Assembly (NCBI RefSeq): GCF_018350175.1
Contig: NC_058368.1
Span: 92,072,001 to 92,136,000 of the forward strand
Reading direction: 5' to 3'
DNA from: Felis catus
Taxonomy: Eukaryota
DNA: 64,000 bases
Position 1 is the first letter of the stretch. Each line of letters begins with the position of its first letter. The translations under genes and the position numbers were made by a program. The notes below the pieces were generated by a model, which saw only the letters and a list, made by a program, of their open reading frames with translations, did no database searches and was not told the DNA's origin. Positions 24,601-38,451 of this stretch are shown here, piece after piece.

Positions 24601-27459
24601 CAGTCGGTTGAGCGTCCAACTTCGGCTCAGGTCATGGTCTCAGGGTCTGTGGGTTTGAGCCCGGTGTCGGGCTCTGTGCTGACAGCTCAGGGCCTGGAGC
24701 TGCTTCAGATTCTGTGTCTCCCTCTCTCTCCCTCTGCCCCTCACTCCTGCTCACGCTCTCTTTCTAAAAAGCAATTTCATAAAACAAAAGAAAGAAAAAA
24801 AGTTGTACACTGAAGTGAACTTGGATCCTTATGTTCCAGGGTTACCTAAAAGACACTAGTAGGGGGCCAGTCATTTCGTTTTGAGCAAGGACTTCATCCA
24901 GATTACTTTTAAAGCTTAACTACAGAAATTTCCAAATATGCACAAAGGCCCATAGAGGAGAATAAAAACCTTCCCAGGTCTTCATCACCCTGCTTTAGGG
25001 TTTTATTCACCTCCGTATAAATGTTCCCTCCACGCCCCGGCCCCTCCCCCGCTCACAGGTTACATGAAAGCAAAGTCCGGACATTATGGTATTTCATCCA
25101 GCAGTATTTCAGTGTGGACACACATTTTAAATTGTAACTGCCATTTATTTTAAGGGTGTGTGGTTGCTCAGGTACAATGGCCAAAGACGAAGCTGAAGGG
25201 TTCAGACTCCCTGGGGTCCGCCAGGCATGGCCTCCCACAGATGGGCCTCTCTGCTGGGCCCCCTGCCCACCAACGCTGCTCTCCTGAGAGAGAATGGAAG
25301 CTCTCCCCTGAAGGAAAGGCCAGGAAGAGAAGTGACCTTTTGTCACCTGTGGGATTCATGTCTCTGTGGAGAAATTGGCTAAGATGCCAGTGTGCACTGT
25401 TTCAATGTTTTTTAAATGTTTTATTTATTTTTGAGGGAGGAGGGGCAGAGAGAGAGAGAGGCACAGAATCCAAAGCAGGCTCCAGGCTCTGAGCTGTCAG
25501 CACAGGGCCTGACGCGGGGCTTAATCCCACGAACCTCGAGATCATGACCTGAGCCGAAGTCGGATGCTTAACCGACTGAGCTGCCCAGGTGCCCCGCCCA
25601 GTGAGCCCCTCATGCGCCCTCCCAGCTACCCGTGTCCAGCTGGTCAGCTAAGCCTGGGGCACAGCTGTCGCTGCCCTGGGCCTTGCTATGTGAAGTGCCC
25701 CCGACCTTGGAAGTCTGAACATCAGCACTGTCTCCCCTGTATCTTCTGCTGAGGCAGAGATTTTCCTTTGCTCCTACTCTCCTGCTTCCTCAGCCTGCTG
25801 AGTACATGTGCCCGACACAGCCTGCCCATCTGGCTTCCAGCCCCAACCCGAGGCAGGCCTGCCTCACAGAGCCATGTACCCAAACATTTACCCAGCCCCA
25901 CCCAGGAGAGCTAGACAGGCTCCTACACACCCTCACCTGCCTGGCGCTGCTACGCCCCCACCCCACCCTCCAACCGAACCTACCTGGGCAGCAGCTCTCC
26001 TCCCACCAGCTCCACCACCTTGGAGATCCAGGCCACACACAGACTTTCACGTGGTTGGCAAGGTCCTCCAGGCACGTGTTTATCATGCCCTTGGCAGGTC
26101 ATGCCCTGGGCGGTGTGGACATCGTGGGGGTCACTCCCTGTACCTGCCTCTTATTCTGCATACAGCTGCCAGCCCCAGGGGGGCTCTCCAGGCTGGTGAG
26201 GTTAGTTCACCTGATGAGCCAGTGGGAAGGTCACACAACCTAATGAACAGCTTGTTGTGGGTCCATCCTTTGGGAAGCAGACACTGAGGTGGGGTTCGGA
26301 GCACAGGAATTTATGGGCTGGAACATCTATGAAAGAAAAGGGGAGGAAGCAGGATTGGGCAGAGGTCACCACCCGGCAATACAGACCCCGATGATTCTGT
26401 TTTATTTGGACGTAGTTTTAGATGTAGAGAAAAGTTGCAAAAATAATGAAGTTCGTTGATATCCTTGACTGAGCCTCTCCCTGTGTTAACATCACACATA
26501 AGGGGCTCCTGGGTGGCTCAGTTGGTTAAGCATCTGACTTCAGCTCAAGTCATGATCTCTCAGTCTGTGGGTTTGAGCCCCACATCGGGCACTGTGCTGA
26601 CAGCTCAGAGGCTGGAGCCTGCTTTGGATTCTGTGTGTCTCTCTCTGCCCCTCCCCCTCTCATACTCTGTCTCTCTCTCTCTCTCTCTCTCTCAAAAATA
26701 AATAAATCAGTAAATAAATAAGTAAATAAGTAAAACCATCATACATAACCACAACACAATGATGATAGCAGAGAGGTTAACAGTGGTGCAGGAATATAAA
26801 CTGCAGGCTTCATTTGGGTTCAACCAGATTTTCCACTCACGCCCCTTTCTGGTCCAGGATCCAGCCAAGCACTGCACACTGTATTTATTTACCACTGTTC
26901 TTTCATATGGTCAGTCTTCAGCTCGATTGACCCGCATATTTGCTGTGTTTTTTGTCCTTCATTCCTTCCTGTGCCCATGATCTTCCTTCTTAATCATTTT
27001 CTCTCTGCAAAACAAACAAAAAAAATTGTTTTTAGATTCTTTTAATGTGCAGTGGTCTGCTGATGGCATATCCCCCAGGTTTTGTCTGATAATGTCTTTC
27101 TGGTGTCTCTTCTTGAAGGATAGTTTCTCTGAGTATAGAATTCTAAGTTGGCGGTAACTTTCTTTTAAAAAAATTTTAAGTTTATTTGAGAGAGAGAGAG
27201 AGCATGCAGGGGAGGTGCAGAGAGAGGGAGGGAGAGAGAGAATCCCAAGCAGTCTCTGCACTGTCAGCACAGAGCCCGATGCAGGGCTCAAACTCATGAA
27301 CCGTGAGATCATGACCTGAGCCAAAAAGGAAGAGTTGGGTGCTTACCTGACTGAGCCACCCAGGTGCCCCAGTAATTTTCTTGTAGTACTTTGAAGCTAT
27401 TGGTTAACCGTCTGCTGGCTCCCATGTTTGCTGTTAAGGAGTGAGATGCAGTCAAATTG

Positions 27460-27810
27460 TGTGAATCAGGCAGGTTTCGCTAGAGTGTGCTGCGGTAACA
27501 AACATCCCCCTACATCTCCTTGGCTTGCAACAACAAAGGTTTATTTTTGGCTCACTTTCCATGCCCTGTGGTATCAGCGGCAGCTCCTCCCTGGGACATG
27601 CTTGGCTCCTGGCATGGAGGGAAAAGAGCCATGGCAAAATCATGTGATGGCTCTTAAAGCCTTTACTGAAAAGTAGCAGCAGGCATTACTTACCCTCACG
27701 TGTCATTACCCTTGCAGGTCACTGGACAAAGCCTGATGTCACCAGGGTGGAAACATACTAGCTTCCCATAGGGATTGGTGGCAAATAGTTGACAACAAAA
27801 ATGCTATCTA
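27460..27810 (-). mobile_element. Old MLT1-type MaLR LTR
   Basis: TGCTGCGGTAACAAACATCCC...GGCTTGCAACAACAAAGGTTTATTT motif; a similar relic lies at about 50066-50330. Confidence 0.55.
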
Positions 27811-30222
27811 CCGTGTTCTCTGTGTCTCCTTTAGAGAGTTCTGGATCCCTTAGGGTCTACTCAGGAAAACGTAAACCATGCTAGTTTTTTCAAACAAAGG
27901 GGAAATAATACACAAAGTGGATTGCACAGATTTTGGAAGACCCAAAGAGCAAAAGAGGGTACTGAGGTTGCCCCGGTTTATAGTTTCTACCCCTGGACCT
28001 GGGAAGAGAAGAGGGAAGGGGCAGGGTTAACAGCACTTAGAGTCTTGGAGAAGGAAGCCCTTCTGGGACCCTCAGAAGAGAGACCCTGATGGCTTGGGCT
28101 ATGACCTGCAAGGGGGGTTGGTGTGGCTGGTGCTGGGAGTGTTGAAAGGAGCTGGATGCCAGTGAAGTAAAGCCAGCAGGAAGTAGAGACAGGAAGGAAT
28201 CCCCTTCCCCTGCCGGCTAATCTCCCTGAGTGCCTCCCACTGGCAGAACCAAACAGGAGGTCAGCTGACAAGGGGGCCTGGGAAATGTCATTCGCAGACC
28301 CTAGCCCAGCACCACACAACAGATTGTAGCTGTGACCTGAGACACAAGAGGTAAATGACCAGCACTATTAGCTATCATTTTCCTCTGGATGTTTTTCCTA
28401 TTCTCTTTGTCTTGGATTTTCTACATTTTCAACCATGATGGGTCAAGGTATGGATTTCTTTTTATTTACTCTGCTTGGGATCCATTTTGTAAAAATGTTG
28501 ATTTATTTATTTTGGAGAGAGAGAGAGAGAGAGAGCGAGAGCATGAGCAGGGGAGGGGCAGAGAGAGAGAGAGAATCCCAAGCAGGCTCCTCACTGTGAG
28601 CGCAGAGCCAGACGCAGGGCGGGATCTCACGGATCGTGAGATTACTTGGGATCCATTTGAATTCTTAAATCTATAGATTGATATCTTGTACCCATTCTGG
28701 AAAATTCTCAACCATCATCTTTTCAAACATTGCCTCTATTCTCTTTCTTTCTTCTTTTCCTCTGGGACTGAAGCTAGATGTATGTGAGGCCTTCTTGCTA
28801 TAGGTTCCATATCTGTTACCATTTCTTCTGTTTTTTTTCCATCCTTTTTTTGTCTCCCCATACTTCTTTCTGGATTGTTTCCTCTGACCAGTCTTCCACT
28901 TCTCTGATTCATTCTTCAACCATGTCAAATCTGCTGTGAAATCAGTCCATTAATGGGGCACCTGGGTGACTCAGTCAGTTAAGCATCCGACTTCAGCTCA
29001 GATCATGATCTCACAGTTCATGGGTTTGAGCCCCATGTGGGGCTCAGCGCTTATGGTGTAGAGCCTGCTTGGAATTCTCTCTCTCCCTCTCTCTTTGCCT
29101 CTCTCCTGCTTGCACTTTCTTAAAAATAAACTTTAAAAAATCAGCCCATTAAGTTTATAATTTACTTTTTATTTTTATTATTTTTATTCTTTTATCTTTT
29201 TAATTTATTTACTTATTTTGAGAGACAGAGACTGTGCAAGTGGGGGAGGGGCAGAGAGAGAGGGAGACAGAGAATCCCAAGCAGGCTCTGCACTGTTAGC
29301 ACAGAGCTCAATGCGGGGCTCGAACTCACAAAACCATGAGATCATGACCTGAGCCGAAAACCAAGAGTCAGTCACTTAACCAATTGAGCCACCCAGGCGC
29401 CCCTATAATTTACTTTTTAGTTTCCACTTACTCCTTTTATACATGTGCTATATAATTTTATATAGTTTCCTGTTCCTTGCTGGAAGTTTCAATTTTGTTA
29501 TTTAATTTTTTTTTTAAATGCTTATTTATTTTTGAGAGAGAGAGAGACAAAGTGTGAGTGAGAGAGGGGCAGAGAGAGAGGGAGACACAGAATCCGAAGC
29601 AGGTTCTAGACTCTGAACTGTCAGCATGGAGCCCGATGTGGGGCTCAAACTCATGAACTTTGAGATCATGACCTGAGCCGAAGTCGGACACTCAACCGAC
29701 AGAGCCACCTGGGTGCCCCTTTGGTATTTAATTTTTTGAACAGTGTACATGTAATTTGATTTATAGTCCAGAATTCTTCCAGTTGTATTTCTATTGACTG
29801 TTGTTTCTGATGGTTTTAGTTCAAGGAATCTTGCTTTCTATCACGTGTCTGGTTGTTTCTGTATGTTGAATATTACAGTTGTGATATTATTTGTAGAAAT
29901 AATTTGCAGTGGGGTGATTTTGTCATTTGCCAAAAAGAATTTTCTTTTTGGCAGGTGCCTGGAGGGATTAGCAAACTGAGATCATGTTAGTTCATACTTA
30001 GGGCATGATGTTGCCCCAGGATGACTCAGAGCGGGGCTACTATTCAGGGAAGGGCTGGTTTTCAGTTCAGCTTTACTTCTAGGGTGCAGTCCTGTGGGGC
30101 TTAACCCAACGTGGTGTTTATTGGTCCCCTACCTTTGGCAGGCCCCTGACTTTGTTTTTTTTCTTCATTTTTCATTTTTTTTTTATTTTAGAGAGAGAGA
30201 GAATGCAAGTTGGAGAGAGGGG

Positions 30223-30271
<49 letters not shown>

Positions 30272-30557
30272 CCCAAGCAGGCTCCATGCTCAGTGAGGAG
30301 CTGGTCATGGGGCTGTATCCAACAACCCTGGAATCATGACTTGAGCTGAAATCAAGGGTCAGGTGACTGACTGAGCCACCCAGTTGCCTCTTAAAGATTT
30401 TATTTTTAAGTAATCTCTACACCCAGTGTGGGACTCGACCTCACAACCTGGAGATCAAGCGTCACACATTCTCTGACTTCAGCTCAGGTCATGGTCTCAC
30501 GGTTCATGAGTTCGAGCCCCACAACGGACTCCATTCTGGCAGTGTGGAGCCTGCTTG

Positions 30558-30603
<46 letters not shown>

Positions 30604-30972
30604 CATCCTCCACTCTCTTTGTCTCTCTAAATAAATAAATGTAAAAAAAAAACAAAGACATGCCAGTGGTCAAAGTGGTGCCACAAAGGGGGGTAACCAG
30701 GGGCCAGACCTGGTGTGGGGGGTCAGGAAGACCTTTAGGGGTCAGGGTGAGGGTATGCTGGCCGAGGGACACACGTGGGGCCCTGAAGTGGGCGGGTACA
30801 GGTGGGGGTGACTCTGAGAGAGAATAGTATGTCTGGAGCTGGGGTTGGGGGGAGGCCTGAAGCTGCAGTGCCATCAGGGGCCGGGTTTGGGGTCACCAGG
30901 GAGGTTTTATCCTGCTGAGGGAAGTGGTGATCTCATCACACTCAGGCCCTGGGCTGAATTCTGTGTCCTGGG

Positions 30973-31122
30973 CTGTTAGCGATGGAACTGTGTCCCTCCC
31001 AAATCCACACATTAAAGCCCTAATCTCCAGTCAGGCCTGGTAATGAAGGGAATTAAGATTTAGTGAGGTCATAAGGACGGGGTCCTAATCCAATAGGACT
31101 GGTGTCCTTATGAGAAGAGGAA
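30973..31122 (+). mobile_element. MLT1 (MaLR) LTR 5' fragment
   Basis: GAGGTCATAAGG...CCTAATCCAATAGGACTGGTGTCCTTATGAGAAGAGG. Confidence 0.65.
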
Positions 31123-31240
31123 AAGGGGCGCCTGGGTGGCTCAGTCAGTTGAGCGTCCAGCTCAGGTCATGACCTCAGGGTTGTGAGATTGAGCCCCACA
31201 TTGGGCTCTGTGCTGAGCACAGAGCCTGCTTGGGATTCTC

Positions 31241-31290
<50 letters not shown>

Positions 31291-32169
31291 CCTCCCCTGT
31301 TCATGCTCTCTTGCTCTCAAAATAAATAAGTAAACTTAAAAAAAACCAAGAGTTGCACGCTCTATTGCCTGAGCCAGCCAGGTGCCCCATCCTGACTCTG
31401 ATTTTTATCTCCAGTTGTGCAAGGCCATGAGAGGTGAGCTCGCCCTCACAGCCACGTCTTTCCAATTGGCACAAGCTTCCAGGGCGACTGCAGCCTCAAG
31501 TATCAGGGTCATCTGTCTGAAATCCCGTCCTCTCCTGGACCTCAGTGCAGCAATTCCCATGTTGTTGGTCTTGGCCATGAGTGACTGAATGGGTGATGGT
31601 CCTGACATCTAAGACGGGTGTCTGAGAGGAAGAACAGTTTAATAGAGAAAATCAACAGTTTGGTTTTGGGCATCTATACATATTTATTTTTAAATGTTTA
31701 TTTCTTAGAGAGAGAGTGAAAGCACACAAGTGAGGGAGGGGCAGAGATTGGGAGACAGAGGATCCAAAGTGGGCTCTGTGCTGACAGCAGTGAGCCTGAT
31801 GTGGGGCTTGAACTCATGAACTGTGAGATCATGACCTGAGCTGAAGTAGGACCGACTGAGCCACCCAGGCACCCCTGGACGTCTATATTTGATGAGGCTT
31901 TGGGATGTCTTGGTGAGAATGTTCCATGAGCAGCTGTGTATTTATGTCTGGAGATCAGTCAGTTATATAAAATTGTTAGTCTTCAACAGATGAGGGGCAT
32001 TTTAACCTTGTGGTTTCCTTGAATGGAAATATTTCGATTTGATTTTTTTTTTAAGTAGGCTCCATGCCATGAATTTGCACTCACGACCCTGAGATCAAGA
32101 CCTAACCTGAGATCAAGAGTCGGACACACCAAACCAACTGAGCCACCCAGACGCCCCACAAATTAACTT

Positions 32170-33340
32170 CTTTTTTTCTATTGAAGTAGAATTGACATAC
32201 ATTATGGTAGTTATAGGTATACAACATAATGCTTCAAATTTGTATATATTGCAAAATGATCACATGATAAATCTAGTTAATATCTGTCACCATACGTAGT
32301 TACAGATTTTTTTTTCTTGTGATGAGAAATTTTAGGATGTACTCTTTTAGCAACTTTGAAGTATGCAGTACAATATTCACAACTATCGTCCCCATGCTAT
32401 ACTCAATACTGTTTATCCCATGACTTACTCATTTTATAACTAGAAGTTTGTACCATTTGACCCCCTTCACCCTTTTCAGCCACCCTCCCATCCCTGCTTC
32501 TGGCAACCACCAGTCTGTTCTTTCTATTTTTGAGCTTGGTTTCATGTTTGCTTTTGTTTTTTATTTTTTTTATTAAAACTTTTTTTTTAATGTTTATTCT
32601 TTTTTCTTAATTTTTAAAAAATATTTTATTTATTTTTGAGAGAGAGTGTAAGCCGGGGAGAACAGAGAGAGAGAGAGAGCAGGGGAGGGGCAGAGAGGGA
32701 GACACAGAATCCAAAGCAGGCTCCAGGCTCTGAGCTGTCAGCACAGATCTCGATGCAGGGCGTGAACTCACGAACCGCGAGATCATGACCTGAGCTGAAG
32801 TTGGACACTTTAACTGATTGAGCCACCCAGGTGCCCCTGTTATGTTTTTTTTTTTTTTTTTTAGATACCATATATAAGTGAGATTGTATGGTATTTGTCT
32901 TTCTCTCTCTGACTTGTTTCACTTAGTGTATTGTTGTCAGGATCCACCTATGTTGCCACAGATGGCAAGAATCCCTTCTTTTTTCTGGCTATTTTATGGT
33001 ACATGTATTTCACATTTTCTTTACCCATTCATCCATTGATGGACACTTAGGCTTCTTCCTTCCTTTGGTTATGGTAAATAATGCTGCCATGAACCTGGGG
33101 GTCCATATGTCTTTCTAAGTTAGTGTTTTCATTTTCTTCAGAGAAATACCCAGAAGTAGAATGGCTGGATGGTATGGTAGTTCTATTTTTAATTCATCGA
33201 GGAATTTCTGTACTGTCTTCCGTAGTGGCTGCCTCAATTTATATTCCCACGAACAGTGCACAGAGGTTCCCTCTTCTCCACATCCTCATCAGTTCTTGTT
33301 ATTTTTTGTCTTTTTGATCACAGCCCTTCTAACCAGGTGT
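32170..33340 (-). mobile_element. L1 3' fragment interrupted by a SINE
   Basis: CCATTCATCCATTGATGGACACTTAGG, AAATACCCAGAAGTAGAATGGCTGGAT, TTTATATTCCCACGAACAGTGCACAGAGGTTCCC: the L1 ORF2 end in reverse. Confidence 0.85.
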
Positions 33341-36318
33341 GTTTTTGTTTCTTTGTTTGTTTTGAAGTTTATTCATTTTGAGAGAAACAGAGAGAATGCG
33401 AGCAGGGGAGGGGCAGAAAGAGAGGGAGACAGAGAACCCCAAGCAGGCTTTGCGCTGTCAGCACAGAGCCCAATGCGGGGTTCAAACCTACAAAACCACG
33501 AGATCATGACCTGAACCAAAACTGAGAGCCCGACGCTTGACTGAGCCACCCAGGAGCCCCATGGCTATCAGTTCTTAGTTTAATTTTATTCAGTCTAGTT
33601 TTTAAACAAAATTTTCTTCATCAGTCAGTTTATACATACTTTTGCAACTTGTATTTCTATGAGTTCCAGTCTCCTGGATTGAGTTTTGCAGCTCTCCATT
33701 ATGTCAAGCAGAGCTGACTTTTCCAAGACTTTTAAGGCAATCATAAATTTTACCCTGCAGGTTTACCTATCAGTTTTATTTTCCATTGTTGGGTGGAGCC
33801 GTCATAGTTTGTCTACATTTCTTAGGGAATCCAGAAGAAATTTTGGAGCAGTTTTGGGAATAAGACAGAAATGGAGAGAGAGATATGAAAGAATAGTTGA
33901 GGAAGGGGCATCTGCGTGGTTCAGTCAGTTAAGTGGTTAAGCATCTGACTCTATTTTGGCTCAGGTCATGATCTCACGGGTTCATGGGATGGAGCCCTGT
34001 GTCTTGGGATTCTCTCTCTCCCTCTCTCTCTTTCTCTCAAAATAAATAAATAAACATTACAAGAAAAGAATAGTTGAGGAACACTAGGAGAGAGGGAGAA
34101 GGAGAGGGGAGAGAGGGAAGGAGAGGGGAGAAGGAGGGACCAAGGGGAAGGGCAGAGAGAGAGAGGGAGGGAGGAAGGGTCGGAGAGAGGGGAGGAGGTG
34201 AGCAGGCTGAGGGGACCCCCAGTACAGCAGGTCAGAATACCCGTGGGGTTTAAGTAGGCAGGATAAAAAAAAAATGTCCTGCTTTAGTCCTCAGCCTACA
34301 GATGGTCACTGAAGCCCCGAATGAGATCGTCAGGAGAGAGAACCAAGCTCAAGGTTAAGGCTGAAGGGACTGCCCCTCGTGAAGGCAGGTCAAGGAGGAT
34401 GAGGAGCCAGCCAGGTGGGCAGAAGGGGAGGAGGAAACCTGGTGCAGACCCCACTTGCACAACACCCAGCCTGCCCACCAGCCTCGTCCAGCAAAGGTGA
34501 TCAGAGTGATGGGGGAACCATCTTCCTAAGCAGGGGGAGGGAAGGCAGACAGTGCCAGGCTGTGCTGCAGGAAGAGGCCCTGGGGAAAGGAAGGTTCCCC
34601 TATTCCTCCTTGTCTCCATGGACTCAGTCTCCTTGCCACTCCAGAGCCCAGCCTGAGGGTCACCCTGCAACAATGGCCTGGGGCAAGGAGGTGGGGGCGG
34701 GGGAGTGGGGGTTGCTGACATCTGGGATTCAACTGGCTGTTTCATCCTGGACGGTGGCCTGGGTTAAAAGGGCCCAGCAGCCCTCACCAGGTACCCGAGG
34801 GAGGCGCTGCTGCCCTGACCTTTGCTGGACACCTTACAGCACTGCTGCCCACGTGTCAGGTTCTTTGCCATAGGACCCCGGTCCCAGGTGGCCAGGTTTA
34901 TTTTGCAAATAAAATTACAGAATACCTTCTGAATTGGAACCTCAGATGAACAAGGAGTTATTTTTTTGTATCATTTTTTGAAACTAAAAAGATTTTCATG
35001 GGGTGCCTGAGTGGCTCAGTTGGTTAAGCATCTGACTTCAGCTCAGGTCATGATCTTATGATTTGTGGGTTCGAGCCCCGCATCAGGCTCTTTACTGGCA
35101 GTTTGTAACCTGTTTCAGATTCTCTCTCTCCTCTCTCTCTGCCCCTCCCCTGCTCACTCTTCTCTCTCTCAAAATAAATTAATTATTTTAAAAAAATGAA
35201 TAGGGGCGCCTGAGTGGCTCAGTCAGTTAACTGTTCACTTTCAGCTCAGGTCATGATCTCACAGTTTGTGAGTTCGAGCCCTGTGTCGGCCTCTGTGCTG
35301 ACAGCTCAGAGCCTGAAGCCTGCTTTGGATTCTGTGTCTCCCTATCTGCCTCTGCCCCTCTCCTGCTTGTGCTCTGTCTCTCCCTCTCTCTCAAAAATAA
35401 ATAAACATTTTTTAAAAACTAAAAAACTGAATAAACATTTACTTTAAAAATTATTTATTTATTTGCTTTCAATTTTTAGGGGCGCCTGGGTGGCTCAGTC
35501 AGTTAACTGTTTGCTTTCGGCTCAGGTCATGATCTCACAGTTTGTGAGTTTGAGCACTGTGTCAGGCTCTGTGCTGACAGCTCAGAGCCTGGAGCCTGCT
35601 TCAGATTCTGTGACTCCTTCTCTCTTTGCCCCTTCCCCTCTTGTGCTCTGTCTCTCAAAATATAAATAATAAAACAAATTTTTTATTTATCTGAAATTCA
35701 GATTTTTTAAAATATGTATTTTTGAGGGTGAGAGAGAGAGAGCGTGCAAGCGGAGGAGGGGCAGAGAGAGAGGGAGACACAGAATCCAAAGCAGGCTCCA
35801 GGCTATGAGCTGTCAGCACAGAGCCCAATGAGGGGCTTGAACTCACGAACCCAAACTCACCAACCATGAGATCATGACCTGAGCCAAAGTCGGATGCTTA
35901 ACTGACAGAACCACCCAGGTGCCCAATCTGAAATTCAGATTTAACTGGGGGGTTTCTCTATTTTTTCCAGCAACCTTACCCCTCTCCGAGCTCTCCTTTT
36001 CTTTTTATCCCACCCCTGACTCAGACCCAGGTCAACAACTGTGTCCCTGTCTCCACTGTGGACCCCTCCAGGCCATTTTCCCCTCCAGTCACCGGCATCA
36101 CTGGGCCAGTGCCTAGCTCTGATCTTGCCGCCTAAAACCCTGCCCGGAGGCTGCAAACTGAAGCCCGTGAACACGTTTTGTTTGGGGGTGGTAGTGTTTG
36201 CAATCTGGAAATTTCACTATAAAGACTGGGTTTCTGGCTTCTCAAAACAATGTGAAGCTATGGCAGCCTTGTATCCACCTTGGCTCCATTGCTAGGAGCT
36301 GAGAGTGCCTGTCCTTTT

Positions 36319-37394
36319 TGATGTGGAAAATGTCGGGGTTTGGAGCCCATGGACAAGGAAGAATTCTTCTTTTTTTTTAAATATGTATTTTTTTTAACCT
36401 TTATCTTATCCATTATGAGAGAGAGAGAGAGAGAAAGCAGGAGAGAGAGAGTGTGGGAGACAGAGAATCCAAAGCAGGCTCAGTGCTGTCAGCACGTAGC
36501 CCTACGCGGGGCTTGAACCCACAAACCGTGAGATCGTGACCTGAGCCAAAATCGAGAGTCGGGAGCCCACGAACTGAACCACCCAGCTGCTCCCCAAGAA
36601 AGAATTCTTGAGATGTCTTCGGTGCATAAAGGTGGGGTTTTTTTGTTTTTGTTTTTGTTTTTTAATGTTTATTTATTTCTGAGACAGAGAGAGACAGAGC
36701 ATGAGTGGGGGAGGGGCAGAGAGAGAGGGGGACACAGAATCTGAAGCAGGCTCTAGGCTCTGAGCTATCAGCACAGAGCCCGACGCGGGGCTCAAACTCA
36801 CAGACTGCGAGGTCATGACTGAGCCGAAGCCGGACGCTCAACCGACTGAGCCACCCAGGCGCCCCACATAAAGGTGGTTTTATTAAAGCACAGGGACAGG
36901 ACCCGTTGGTAGAAAGAGCTGCATAGGGGTTGTGACAGGTAACTGATTATACAGTTTCAAGTTGGGAGAGGGTCAGGCATAGGGTAAGTCTGTAAGGAAT
37001 TTTGGAAACAAGGTTTCCAGGACCTTGAGGGGGCTAGCTGCTGTTAGGAAAAGGTCATTGGTTACTGTTAGGAAAAGGTCAGTAAAACCTCAGTCATGAG
37101 ACCCTTCAGATGTCTATCTGGGTCATATGCTTGGGGGATGATTTTTAACACATATCTTGGTGGGTAGAGAGAAAGGAAGTTTCCAAAGGAATTTCTATAC
37201 GTTAAGGGAGACTTACAAGAACCTGAAGGTCAGGAGGATGTTAAGTTCAGATTGCCTTTTGCCCTTAGCAAAGTGTCACCATGGAGGCAGCTGAGCTCCT
37301 AGAGAAATGTCACTTTGCCTGTCCCAAGGACTTGTCAGTGGGCTATAGACAGCAAGGAAATTTAATTTTTCATTTGCTTTTGTTTCCCACATCA
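36319..37394 (-). mobile_element. Solo ERV LTR, copy A of an inverted pair, interrupted by two SINEs
   Basis: Termini TGATGTGG...CCACATCA, TTTT on both sides (possible 4-bp TSD), minus-strand AATAAA near 36880. Internal SINEs have TSD-like flanks AAGAATTCTT and CATAAAGGTGG (36625-36635, 36867-36877). Confidence 0.8.
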
Positions 37395-37544
37395 TTTTTT
37401 TGAAGACGTTAGTCTCCACTTCTCCTGGATCCCCTAAATCTCACTCATCTCCATAACCTGGCCTTGTCCTCTTTGAGCTTTTGACCACTGACCTGCTGAG
37501 GTCACAGTTCCCAGCTTGACACTCAAGACCTTTCCCAGTCAGGT

Positions 37545-38340
37545 TGATGTGGGGAACAAAGGCAAAAGAAAAAAATTAAGGGCTCCTGGGTGGCTCAGTC
37601 AGATGAGTGTCCCACTCTTAATCTCATAGTTCAGGAGATCGAGCCCTGAGTCAGGCTCTGTATTGACAGTGTGAAGCCTGCTTGGGATTCTCTCTCTCCC
37701 CTCTCTCTGCCTCTCCCCTGCCTGTGCTTGCTTTCTCTCTTTTTTTCTCTGTCTCAAATAAACCTAAAAAAATAAATAAATAAGTTTCCTTATTGCCTGA
37801 CAACCCAGTGCGACATCTTGAAACAGTAGAGTGACCTTCCTCTAAGAACTCAGCCACCTTAATAGTGACACTTTGCTAAGGGCAAAAGGCAATCTGAACT
37901 TAACATCATCCTGACCTCCAGGGTCCTGTAAGTCTACTTTAACATATAAAAATTCCTTTGGAAACTTCCTTTCTCTCTACCCACCAAGATATGTGTTAAA
38001 AATCATCCCCCAAGCATATGACCCAGATAGACATCTGAAGGGTCTCATGACTGAGGTTTTACTGACCTTTTCCTAACAGTAACCAATGACCTTTTCCTAA
38101 CAGCAGCTAGCCCTTCAAGGTCCTGGAAACCTTGTTTCCAAAATTCCTTACCGACTTACCCTATGCCTGACCCTCTCCCAGCTTGAAACTATATAATCAG
38201 TTACCTGTCACAACCCCCATGCAGCTCTCTCTGCCCAGGGGTCCTGTCCCTGTGCTTTAGTAAAACCACCTTTGTATACTGAAGATGTCTCAAGAATTCT
38301 TTCTTGGCTGTTGGCCCCGAACCCCAACATTTCCACATCA
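37545..38340 (+). mobile_element. Solo ERV LTR, copy B of the inverted pair, interrupted by one SINE (about 37580-37782)
   Basis: Same TGATGTGG...CCACATCA termini; aligns to the reverse complement of copy A; TATATAA near 38190 and AGTAAA near 38259. Confidence 0.8.
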
Positions 38341-38451
38341 AAATGACCTCTCTTCCACCTTCTTTCTCTATTCTGTTCCTTTCCTCACCTTCCTCTCCAA
38401 GCCCACTGGCACACTGGATGGCTCCTTTGCATGTCCCATGCATCTGGACAC

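Noticed and set aside
24855..24872. Additional CTCF-like motif (CTAGTAGGGGGCCAG)
   Set aside because: Weaker match than the two reported; expected by chance in 64 kb.
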